Assembly (NCBI GenBank): GCA_938085445.1
Contig: CALKGR010000002.1
Location: forward strand, 1-64,000
Length of the DNA: 64,000 bases
Direction of reading: 5' to 3'
Origin: an uncultured Rubripirellula sp.
Lineage (GTDB): Bacteria > Planctomycetota > Planctomycetia > Pirellulales > Pirellulaceae
Shown: piece by piece, positions 1 through 10,100 of the stretch
How the letters are laid out: every line of letters begins with the position of its first letter
Numbering within the stretch: the first letter of the stretch is position 1
Made by a program: the position numbers and the translations under genes
The notes under the pieces: generated by a model
What the model was told of the DNA's origin: nothing
Seen by the model: only the letters and a program-made list of their open reading frames with translations
Database searches by the model: none

Positions 1-501
1 ACTTCATTTTGGCCTTGGCCAAAAACTCGCCCCTCCGACCACGACGTCGCGACGACGATGGCTACACACCAAACTCCCATTCGGCAACTTTCTAGAAGTA
101 CTGTTTTCAATCGCATGTTAAACCCTCACTCATGTCAAATACATATCTGTGCGTTCAGCCGACTACTTTGGCAACCAGTCCAAGCACTGTCCCTCGCAGA
201 AGCCGCAACCATTTCCAAAACGCTGAGCAGTTCCCCATGAAAACACCACCACCATGATGTTTTGAGACGGACAGAGCAATTCCCTGAGACACAGAGAACG
301 CTTGAACACCAAAACCGAACTCAGCCGACAGAAACCTTCTCACCTCACATGATTCTTGGCAGCGTGCCATAATATCACGATTTGGCCCGAAGTCGGTTGT
401 GTCGCACCTCGCCTCAACAGCATTATCAATGTTTCTGCTTCACATCACCGCCAGTGACGAAGTCGAGCAAAAGCAGCAACCACATGTGCACCGAGATACC
501 C

Positions 502-2073
502 ATGAAAGATTCACTTCGCACCCATATGCTTGTCTTGGCATTTTTCCTGTTCACCAACACAGTGGCCCTCGCTGACGAAACAGTTCTCCCGGACGGCTAT
601 CGTGAAGTTGGTCCCCAGCAGACTGAATCCTTCACAGAGCTCTGTGAGGCAACTGCCGACACCGGATTGTTCTCGGGGGCTGTCTTAGTGGGTGTGCAGG
701 GGAAAATGGTTTACAAACAAGCATTCGGTTCAGCCAACCGTGAATGGAAAAACGCCAACACGACGGACACAAAATTCCGACTCGCCTCGGTAAGCAAACC
801 GTTTTGCGCAATCCTCGTTCTACAACTGGTCCAAGAGGGAAAGTTAAGGCTCGAAGACAACATCTGCGACTGGATTCCAAGCTACCGAAAAGATACCGGT
901 AAAAAAATCACGATCCACCACCTACTGTCTCACCAATCGGGGATCAAAGACTTCACCGCCAGCTTCAACTACCGCGGTTCTGTGTCACGATTACCATTCG
1001 CCAAAGACGAATTCATCGAAAAGTACTGCAGCAACGACCTGATGCATGAACCGGGCACCATCTATGCCTACTGCAATGCCGGGTATGTGATCCTCGGACG
1101 TGTTGTTGAAAAAGTTACACGCAAATCATTCGAACAGAATGTTCAGGAACGAATCTTCGTCCCACTCGAAATGAACGACAGTGGGTACGACCGAAATCGT
1201 TACGTTCTCTCAAAGCGAGCTAGTGGCTACACCCTCGGCCCATTTGGTGACGAGAACGCATCATATCTCGACATGGACTCCTCTCCGGGTGCCGCTGGTT
1301 CACTCTATTCCACTGTTGAAGATTTATTTCGGTTTTACGTCGGACTCCGCGATGACCAACTGCTCAGCGAAAAATCCCGAAAGCTCATGTTCACGCCCAA
1401 TCAAAATGTCCCCGAGGTGAAGGCCGCTGGAGGACGTCCCAAAAGCACTTACGGCTACGGATGCAATATCAACAGACGCACACATCCGGTCACAAAGTAC
1501 CGAGCGAAGATCATTAGTCATGGTGGGGCGATCAATGGCTTTCGTGCGATGTTGAGCTATCTGCCTGAGGATGACGTATTCGTTGTGGTCCTATGCAATC
1601 TGGCTGACCCCAATGGCTCAGGAACCGTTTGGAATTCAGTTCAAAGGCTTAGCCGAGAACTTATCAACATCGCAACTTCACAGCCCTACCGGTTACCACC
1701 GGAGGCACCCGTCCCGCAAGAACGGCGAATATACGATCTGATAAAGTCACAGGGGCTAGAGACCGCCATGAAGTGGTACCGCGCAAATGGAAAAAAAGCA
1801 GCGTGGGGTGGCACTCACCATGCCGTGGCAAACCAACTGTTGAAGGAGGGGCTATCCACCGAAGGCCTCGCTTTGATGGAAATTGATCTCAAAGAAACCC
1901 CGGCAAAGGTTTGGCTACTACGTAAGACCGCGCAGGCGTATCTGGAAAACGGAAACCCGAAGAAAGCATTGGAATTCGCCAGCAAGGGTATCGAATTAAA
2001 GCCAGAGGACCCTGGTCTACTCGAGATTCAGTCAGAGGCTGAACGCGAGCTGAGCAAAGGCCAACCACGTTGA
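502..2073 (+). CDS. Serine hydrolase, beta-lactamase class C/AmpC-like family, with signal peptide and C-terminal TPR
   Basis: SxxK (FRLASVSK), YxN (YAYCNAGY), HGG triad (ISHGGAING), LLSHQSG. The C-terminus is TPR-like (AQAYLENGNPKKALEFASKGIELKPED). Start moved to ATG 502, which precedes a signal peptide (LVLAFFLFTNTVALA-DE). Confidence 0.88.
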   Translation: MKDSLRTHMLVLAFFLFTNTVALADETVLPDGYREVGPQQTESFTELCEATADTGLFSGAVLVGVQGKMVYKQAFGSANREWKNANTTDTKFRLASVSKPFCAILVLQLVQEGKLRLEDNICDWIPSYRKDTGKKITIHHLLSHQSGIKDFTASFNYRGSVSRLPFAKDEFIEKYCSNDLMHEPGTIYAYCNAGYVILGRVVEKVTRKSFEQNVQERIFVPLEMNDSGYDRNRYVLSKRASGYTLGPFGDENASYLDMDSSPGAAGSLYSTVEDLFRFYVGLRDDQLLSEKSRKLMFTPNQNVPEVKAAGGRPKSTYGYGCNINRRTHPVTKYRAKIISHGGAINGFRAMLSYLPEDDVFVVVLCNLADPNGSGTVWNSVQRLSRELINIATSQPYRLPPEAPVPQERRIYDLIKSQGLETAMKWYRANGKKAAWGGTHHAVANQLLKEGLSTEGLALMEIDLKETPAKVWLLRKTAQAYLENGNPKKALEFASKGIELKPEDPGLLEIQSEAERELSKGQPR

Positions 2074-2372
2074 ATGCCGGCGTTAAGCGACCGAGCCATG
2101 ACCAAGCATCAACCGGGGAAACCCACTCGAAGTGGTGCAGTAGTACCGCCGCGTTCCAAGTAATGCCGCCGCAATTCAACTAGCCTCGCAGTTCAAGACA
2201 AGCCGTTAAATGGTGATGTGGTAGAAGACGACCTACGGGGCGCTCGATGTAATAGAGAACCTGACCCGTTCAGGAGTCAGGATTCCTGCTTCGAATTGCC
2301 CTTTTACCGATAGCCACGAGTGGGATTGGTTCGACCACAAACTCCAGGGACATCGCCTGCCCGTACTTACCG

Positions 2373-3770
2373 CTAAGACATCAGGTCCATGATCGCGCCG
2401 GCTTGATCATACTTTTTGCGGGACATCTCCAGATCGAAGTCGCCATAATGTGGAATCGGATTGCCGTAAGCGTTCAGCAACGTTGTGTACCAGTTACCAA
2501 TCGTCTTGTGTCCCTCGGTCGCATGGAACGGCAGCCGAATGTACTGTCCCGCCATATCCAGTTTGCAATTGTCACCCGCGAGCACAACGAACGGCGCCTC
2601 GGTTCCGTGGCTATGATGCCCCTCACCATTCTCCGGGAAATACATCACGACCGTATTATCGAACATCGTCCCTCCACCCTCGGGAACAGCCTTCAATCGG
2701 TCAACGATTGTGGCGACCTGTTCCATGTGGCCTACCCGCACTTTCTCGCGAATATCATTCGCTGAGACACCGCTATACCCACCATTGTGACCAAGCTCAT
2801 GCAAAGAAATGTGATCTCCTTCGTTACCCTGCAGGCCCTTGATTGGCGTTGACAACTCATCAATGGTGTAAGTCACGACATTGGTTAATCCAGTCACCAA
2901 AGCTGCAACCAAAATTTCAGTCATCGCTTTTTGCTTCTCTGGCGTGGTGGCATTGAGTCCTCCTGCCTGGTGTACGGGATCGAGTTCAGGCAGGTGTTCT
3001 GCGATTGCGCCCGACATCTTCTCTACCTCAAGATTCCTTGCCTGAATCGCCTCGATCGAGCCAACATGGTTACTGATTTTCAGTTTCTCGTGACCTCCCA
3101 GCACTCGAGCCTTGTACGACTCCTCTTCCTGCAGAAACTTAAGCATTGCGTTATCCGAGGCAACCGCATCGGGGTTGGCGACGGATTTAAACAGTTCGTT
3201 ATAAGCGGTCTGTGGATCGGCATAGCAATAGTTTCGCTGATGGGGCCCAGGTGCAGAGTACCCCGGGACAATCCCTGTCCGGAAAGTGCTGTAATTGCCC
3301 GTCAACGACAACTCAACATGCCCAAACGGCGAAGGTGTCAACTTTGCCATCTCGAAGTCGATCGTCGCGCGTTTAATGCCACTAAGGGAATTCCGGCCCG
3401 ATTTAAAAGCTCCCATCACGGAGGAATAGGACCAGTGTCCATTTTCACTCATCTTGCAAGACAGCCCCTGAAGGATCGCGAGATCACTTTTATGCGACTC
3501 CAAACTCTGCATCCATGCGGGCAACTCATGATTGGCGAGATCCACCCGTAGCGTATCCTTGTCCTTATCCCGCTTTCTCTCGATATCGGTAAAGGTAGGC
3601 AAGGATACCTCGTCCGGACGGACCCCATTTGATTTTCGAATGAAGACGAACCGCTGGGGATAGCCACTCTTGGCATTCGCTGCCAAAGCGACTGGTCTGC
3701 CGCAAGACAGGGTTGCACCGCCTACGCCCAAGGCGGCGCCTGTCATGAATGTTCTACGATTGGTAGCCAT
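2373..3770 (-). CDS. DUF1552 domain protein with TAT signal
   Basis: NRRTFMTGAALG twin-arginine signal. Motifs LHELGH, VPEGGGTMFDNT, GEGHHS and PFVVLAG are typical of the family. It lies 1 bp downstream of a DUF1592/1588 gene, the canonical pairing. Confidence 0.85.
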   Translation of the reverse strand: MATNRRTFMTGAALGVGGATLSCGRPVALAANAKSGYPQRFVFIRKSNGVRPDEVSLPTFTDIERKRDKDKDTLRVDLANHELPAWMQSLESHKSDLAILQGLSCKMSENGHWSYSSVMGAFKSGRNSLSGIKRATIDFEMAKLTPSPFGHVELSLTGNYSTFRTGIVPGYSAPGPHQRNYCYADPQTAYNELFKSVANPDAVASDNAMLKFLQEEESYKARVLGGHEKLKISNHVGSIEAIQARNLEVEKMSGAIAEHLPELDPVHQAGGLNATTPEKQKAMTEILVAALVTGLTNVVTYTIDELSTPIKGLQGNEGDHISLHELGHNGGYSGVSANDIREKVRVGHMEQVATIVDRLKAVPEGGGTMFDNTVVMYFPENGEGHHSHGTEAPFVVLAGDNCKLDMAGQYIRLPFHATEGHKTIGNWYTTLLNAYGNPIPHYGDFDLEMSRKKYDQAGAIMDLMS

Positions 3771-3771
3771 A

Positions 3772-6700
3772 TCAGTGCTTATTTTCTTTGCGATACAAAA
3801 AGGAATCTGATGTCAGCAGCGAAACAATCACTGCATCAAAACTGCCACCGCTGCGCAAATACGCCTGATCAGCGTCAATCAAGGTCTTTGAGTCAGTAAG
3901 CATCTCATTGCGCCCCATGAAATATCGAAATGAATATCGAATGAGCGATTGCCGCACGCGCTCAGAACGATCAAGTTTATCGATCAAATCAAGGGCATTT
4001 TCAACGTCACCATCCAGTTCAGCACTCCCAGAACCTACAAGCATCCCTTCGGACCTGACAGGCAAGGTTTTGTACGTATCTCGCAAATCGACATGGGGCG
4101 CCGCTTTATCAGGCCCCTTTTTGACCAAATTGTCTGGATGTTCCAACGACTCTTCTACACGATATCGGCCAAAATCGTCATACATCTCAAATGGCAATCC
4201 AAGCGGATTCATTTTCTGATGGCATTTCCAGCAGTAATTGTCACCAGTCTTCGCCTCCAACCGCTGCCGGAGCGTTCGGTGGTGGTCCTCAGGAATCACA
4301 GCGTCAACCGTGATGGGAATATCGGGAACAGTGCCGGCCAGTAGCTTTTCCTGCACCCAACGCCCACGCTTAACGGGGTCAGTCTCAGTGTTTTGAGCAT
4401 GAGCGATCAACCAAGCGGGGTGGGTCAGCATCCCCTTCCGGTGCTTCACTGCAGCTGGCTGCACAACCGGATAGTTCCAGTTATCCAATTCAATGTTGAA
4501 GAACTTAGCCACCTCTGGGCTCCGCAGTTGCAAGCCGGTTCTGGTATCAGCGTTGCTTTTCCCGTGCGCTGGGAACGAATCAAACGGCGCGGCCGCCGAT
4601 TGTCCTTTGTCAAAACGTGTGGTGAAACTGGTCATTACCGTCTTCAAGGTCCGCAAGTCATCTTTCGGGTTGCGTCCCATTCCACGCATCTTCACCTCCT
4701 TGATGAACGCATCATGTTGTTGAAGATCCGCTTCGCTGTAGTTTTCCCAATCCACGTCTTTGAAGTGATCATAAATACGACGGATCCGGGCCGATGACGA
4801 TGCCATCGCATCATTGTCTCCCGAGTGAAACACATAAAACTGATCGGTAGTGAGTAATTCATGGAACACATCCTTATCAACATTCAGGATGTAGTCCACA
4901 AGTCGATCGGCCTCACCCACCAGGCGGCCTTTGGCATTGTCATAATTACCACCAAAACGCTTGTTATCTTTGAAAATCTGCAACAACTGGGGATAGCCAA
5001 AAAACTCTCTGAAGAAACGTAATTTTCTGATAGGCGTATTCGTGATACTGGCCGTCAATTGCAGCCGCTGCACAGCCTCATCAATCACGTAGTACTGATC
5101 ACGATTGGCCAACATACGTTCAATTTCGCGTTTGTAGTCAGCGCGAGTATTCAACCTGCCTTCTTCGACCGCAGCTGCCAACTCAGCATCTGGACTGCTA
5201 TCCGTCAGCGCATAAGCGATCGCGTAACTGCCATCTCTGGGCGACATCATGCGCCGTCCGTGCTCATCAGGCAGTCCCACACCAAATTCGTTACGGTACA
5301 CGAAGTCCGTTTTCAGAATCAGTGTCTGTATCAACTTCTTGATTCCTGCCAGATTGCCAAGCTTTTCCAAGTAGTCTCTGGTCAGTGCGCCGTACTTGGT
5401 GAGTTCCTCGTCACTGGCGGGGCGGTGATACAGCTTCTCGTACAGTTGGTTTACCAGAGAATCCACGAGCGTTTGTTCAGGCAATCCAGCAGCAAGCCTC
5501 TGATCTTTGAATTGCTGTTCCCACTGTGCCATGCATTTTTCAATGATCTCTGAATATCGATCACCGGGTTTGCGATGCATGAATATCGCTGTCTCAATAG
5601 CCTTTTGTTCCTCGTCCGCCTTAGGCCGATAAACGGGAGTCTTATGCTTCTTTGCGTACCGATGCCGAACTACCTGCTCCCTAAATTCCTCGAGATATCC
5701 TGCGAGAAACGTAAGCCGAGTCTGGATTGTCCGCGGGTTATCCCCCTGGTTGAACCAGTCCCGTTCGCATTTTTCAATCCAAACGTTGTCGTCCTCACCC
5801 TCTTTCCTGTGCTTTTCCATCGAGTGAAAAAGCAAAACCAATTCCTTTGCTCCAGGTTGTGCCGCATGGAATGGTGACTTTTTAATCCCCGTGTTATCGC
5901 TCTTCTTTATTTCGACGCGTTCAAAATCAGGCAACAAATCGACATGCTGATCGCCATACATGCCAACTAGGACCGGCTCTATGAACTGGCTCAGGAATCT
6001 CTCTCTATCCGCCAGCGTGCGGGCGTGGCCCCATTCCAAATCCATGATCTCATAAATAGCAGGAACATACCTGCGGTCTCGACCCGCCAAGTACAACATA
6101 TGTTCTGCCACTTCTTTAGCGTTCGTCAGCATCGTCAATAAATGCCCACCATTCAAAGTCGCATTCGCGTAGTAGCGGACGCCAGTGTTGGATGGCAACA
6201 AGAAGGGGTTGGTCAAATTCACCCTGCGGTTATTATCACCAACGACGGACTGACGTTTTCCGTCGATTGTTTTGTACGGGCGATGATTCAAAATCTCGTT
6301 GAAGCGTGCCTCAAAGATATACTCGCTTATCAACCAGCGTCGATCATACGTGAATGATTTCAGCTCTTTATGGCGTCCCGAAAACAACTCATCATGGTCG
6401 ACATAATTCCCGTATTCCGGTTTGCGAAGTTTATCCTCCAGACGCGATGCTCCGTACGTTTTCAGCTCAACGCTGATCCAGTCCCTGACCAGCGTCTCAT
6501 CTGATCCGGATAGTTCGCCTGCGTCCTTGGGCGGCATCAGGTGAAAGTGCAGTTGTTCCTGCGCCTTGTTGAGTACCTCCAAGCGTTCCGACAGTTCTGC
6601 GTCTGCCAAACGTGTAAAGTCGACATTACCTTCACTCTGGTCAGAATTATGACAATCAACGCAATTCTCGCGAAGAATGGTTCCAACCCCATCAGGAACA

Positions 6701-6801
6701 TTGAACGCTACCTCAGATTCCACCGCAAACACGTTGTCACTCACCAGCCCGCAAAGAATCCCAATTGCCACAACTGCAATGCACAATAAGACTTTGGACA
6801 T
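3772..6801 (-). CDS. Planctomycete cytochrome c protein with DUF1592/DUF1588/DUF1585-type domains
   Basis: CxxCH at the N-terminus (CVDCH) and in the DUF1588-like part (CWKCH...NPLG..FE.YD..GR.R). Also RKGMLTHPAWL and TDPVKRG.WV. Start placed at MSKVLL (signal peptide). Confidence 0.88.
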   Translation of the reverse strand: MSKVLLCIAVVAIGILCGLVSDNVFAVESEVAFNVPDGVGTILRENCVDCHNSDQSEGNVDFTRLADAELSERLEVLNKAQEQLHFHLMPPKDAGELSGSDETLVRDWISVELKTYGASRLEDKLRKPEYGNYVDHDELFSGRHKELKSFTYDRRWLISEYIFEARFNEILNHRPYKTIDGKRQSVVGDNNRRVNLTNPFLLPSNTGVRYYANATLNGGHLLTMLTNAKEVAEHMLYLAGRDRRYVPAIYEIMDLEWGHARTLADRERFLSQFIEPVLVGMYGDQHVDLLPDFERVEIKKSDNTGIKKSPFHAAQPGAKELVLLFHSMEKHRKEGEDDNVWIEKCERDWFNQGDNPRTIQTRLTFLAGYLEEFREQVVRHRYAKKHKTPVYRPKADEEQKAIETAIFMHRKPGDRYSEIIEKCMAQWEQQFKDQRLAAGLPEQTLVDSLVNQLYEKLYHRPASDEELTKYGALTRDYLEKLGNLAGIKKLIQTLILKTDFVYRNEFGVGLPDEHGRRMMSPRDGSYAIAYALTDSSPDAELAAAVEEGRLNTRADYKREIERMLANRDQYYVIDEAVQRLQLTASITNTPIRKLRFFREFFGYPQLLQIFKDNKRFGGNYDNAKGRLVGEADRLVDYILNVDKDVFHELLTTDQFYVFHSGDNDAMASSSARIRRIYDHFKDVDWENYSEADLQQHDAFIKEVKMRGMGRNPKDDLRTLKTVMTSFTTRFDKGQSAAAPFDSFPAHGKSNADTRTGLQLRSPEVAKFFNIELDNWNYPVVQPAAVKHRKGMLTHPAWLIAHAQNTETDPVKRGRWVQEKLLAGTVPDIPITVDAVIPEDHHRTLRQRLEAKTGDNYCWKCHQKMNPLGLPFEMYDDFGRYRVEESLEHPDNLVKKGPDKAAPHVDLRDTYKTLPVRSEGMLVGSGSAELDGDVENALDLIDKLDRSERVRQSLIRYSFRYFMGRNEMLTDSKTLIDADQAYLRSGGSFDAVIVSLLTSDSFLYRKENKH

Positions 6802-7103
6802 CTCCTGCCGACGACGATTTAAACCGAAATTCATGTATCACGCGTGAGTGTTAACGTTCCTTTGACGTGGCGTAGTTTTTCCACACCCGGCAGAGCCCCA
6901 TTGTAACCGCGAACCCTCAGGTTTGCGCTGCCATCTTTGCGGCGCAAGAGCAGTGGACCGCCGCCACAAACGCAAAATAGATCGAAAAACGTTTGGCATC
7001 ACGTAACAACTTGCATCGAATGTATTCGTCGATCCCTTCGACAAATTGACGCACACCATCACATGTAGCTCCGCAAATAAGCGTTGAGAATGACCTTCAC
7101 GAC

Positions 7104-10100
7104 TTACTCCGCATGCGGCAACGACGGCTGGACGACGGCATCGGGTCCCAAATACTTCCCGTATTGCCATCCCCCGACAGGTGAACGCCTCCCCGCTCGC
7201 TTGCATTCATCGTTTTCCTCGGTCACTCTCTCAAGCAGCTCCGGATAACGCATCCGATCATCAGTGCGTTCTTGCCACTCATTCAGAACCGCAGTGAGAT
7301 TCGACTGAATCAACTCATGCCCAGGGTCATCAGCAAGATTGTGGAATTCATACGGATCATTTTGCAGGTCATACAATTGGATCGGAGGCGGATTTAACCA
7401 TGTATCATAAACCTGCTGTGTTTTTGCATCAGATGTTTTTAGTTCTGCATGGGTGGGTGACCCACGAAAATTTGATGCACCGTTAAGCAAACACTTTTGT
7501 GCACCGGGATCCGGTCGGTCATTAAGAAGAGTCTTGATAAGCTTGTAGCGTGCATCGCGGACGGAGCGTTGCGGAAAATGCAAATCAGCTGAGTCGCAAT
7601 TCCGTTCAGCAAAAAGATGAGTCCGCAAAGGTGAAGTTTTCCCTTCCAGGACGCCCTGCAGCACTTCGCCGGGCGCACCCTCAGGTACCCGCCCACCCGC
7701 GGCGGCGACGATCGTGGGCAACAGGTCAACCGTCGAAACGAGCTGGTTGGATACCAAACCCGGCTTTGCATGGTTTGGCCAACGGACGATCATTGGAATC
7801 CTCAGGCCACCCTCAGTAACGAAAACCTTACCCCGTGCAAATTGCGCCCCGTGATCTCCGATATATATCACAAGCGTATTGTTCGCTTTGCCGGATTCAG
7901 CCAGGGCGTCAAGTAATTCTCCAACACACTCATCAAGCCGCGCCATGCAATTGTAGAAGCCAACAAGATGTCCGCGCAACCTGTCATTATCAAACCCGAC
8001 ATAGGGCATTGGCCGTACATCATCTGGTTGACTCAACTCAGACGGCCGTCCTTCTACCCGATGTTGCAAAGGCCAATGAGCGTCTGGATAATTGACCGTG
8101 AGAAAGAAAGGCTGATCCGAGGCGTTCATGAATGCCGCTGACTGTTCTGCATAGTCCGCCAGATTCTTTTTACTGAAATTCGAAGCAGTAATTCGTCGGA
8201 AATCGACGAAGTCCTCGACAACACTAGCCGGATTTACATGCGTCTTACCGATCAGCCCGGTCCGGTAACCAGCTTTTTTTAAAATCGAGTATGTGGTCGG
8301 CCATCTTCGGTACATGGCGAACTGATGAGTCGCTAACCCCAACTGCCCATTCTGGTGAGGATACAAACCCGTAAACAGCGTGCTGCGAGACGAACTACAA
8401 ACCGATTGCGTCACATACGCATTCTGAAAACGAACACCATCGGAGGCTAGCCGGTCAAGATTGGGAGTACGAGCATGCAGGTCCCCATAACATCCAAGTT
8501 CTGGCCCATTATCCTCCGAAACTATCAGCAAAACGTTGGGGCGTTTCTCGACATCCGCACCCACTGCCGAAGCAGAGGTAACCGTATCAAACAATTCCTG
8601 ATCCGAAAGAGTGGAGAACGGAGAAGCAGGAACCCCGACACTATTGCAAAAATTCACTCCGGGCTCGGGGAACGGAATCCAGCCATACCTGACAGCTTGG
8701 GGATCCCGCACCTGGTTACTTTCCACCTGCACACGATCTCGCCCAACGATCATTGACAACGCAGGGAAAAACTTTCCATCAGCTCCAGCAATTTCGAAAT
8801 GCCTCAACGGACGCCCGTCAGCCGACTTGAGCCCCACGCCAGCGTGATCGAACTTTAACACGATTGCCGTTGCTTCCCTGTTCACATCAGACAACATCGG
8901 TCCGGCGTACAACGACTCCTCATGTACTGAATAGGTTTTCCCGAGTGCCAATCCAGCGAGCCTGCGACCGACCGGTTGCTTGTTACGTGGATGAACATTT
9001 GATGGATCACCAACATCCATGGTGACTGCCATACTCACATTGGGAACCGCTTGTTGTACTCGTCGCTGTACTTCGCGAAACAAAGGCCAAGCTGGCCGAT
9101 TCAGCGGCGGCAACTGCACAAACAAGAACGGAAAATCTCCCTGCCCCCATGCTTCTCTCCATTCTTGAATCATCAGAGGAAGCAAGCTCGCCTGCTCAAG
9201 TGACCTTGCTGAGGTTTCCGCGTTTGACTCGCCTTGGTACCACGCAACCCCACGGATCGCATAGGGAATCAACGGTTCAATCGTCGCCTGCCACATGAAC
9301 CCGGGCTTAAATGAATGGTTGGGGCCCAGCTTATCTCCCGGAATGTTCTCCCCTGCCTGTATCGCAGACAAAAGATTTTCCTCTCCCCGTTTACGGCAAA
9401 AATCACTCAAGCAAGGATTGTCGAGCCAATTCCCCCGCACGAGATTTTGTAGTGTTGGATGGTCAGCAAGCGAATTGCGGGAAACCCATGCTTCTGTCGG
9501 TGTTCCCCCCACAGCAGGACAAATCACTCCCACGGGGACGCTCAATTTCCGTTGCAAAGCCTCCGCGAAGAACCAGGCAACGGCGGAGAATTGACTAACG
9601 CCAGTTGTTGATGCACGCTCCCACCGCCCTTCTGCATATTCAAGTGGCTGCAGTCGTTTAAGCTGTTCAGTCCCATACTTGCCGGAACTTCCGCGTGCTC
9701 CGCCAACAAGATTTAAAAGGCGGATTCCCTTAAGTGCCTCGGCATCGATGGCACCAATTCCATTTGTCGATTGAGCAACGGTCCACTCCATGTTGGATTG
9801 CCCCGCGCACAACCACACTTCACCGATCAAAATGTCTGTCAGTTGCACTTTTTCAGCGCCAGACCGGACAGTCAATGTGATTGGATCAAATGACGATTCA
9901 CGCGGGGAACACCGAACCGACCATCTGCCTTCCTCGCTCGCAACCGTGTTCATTCTCTGGTCACCCAGAGCAACCTCAATCATGCTGCCGGGCACGGCCT
10001 TACCCCAGATAGGCAACTCAATTCCGGACTGCAACACCATGTGATCCCCAAAAACCACTGGCAAAACGAGTTCATGAATCAACGCTCGATCAACGGACTC

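Noticed and set aside
7..24. Inverted repeat ttttggcc-tt-ggccaaaa
   Set aside because: It is real but lies at the window edge with no context to assign a function.
2071..2073. Other TGA stops (2073, 18140, 23227, 54994, 57682, 63118) checked for Sec read-through
   Set aside because: None has a Cys or redox context, and these proteins already look complete at the stop.
2258..2285. cctgac...gtcagg stem between convergent genes
   Set aside because: The stem is short with no U-tract and was not seen repeated elsewhere, so it is too weak to call a terminator or REP.
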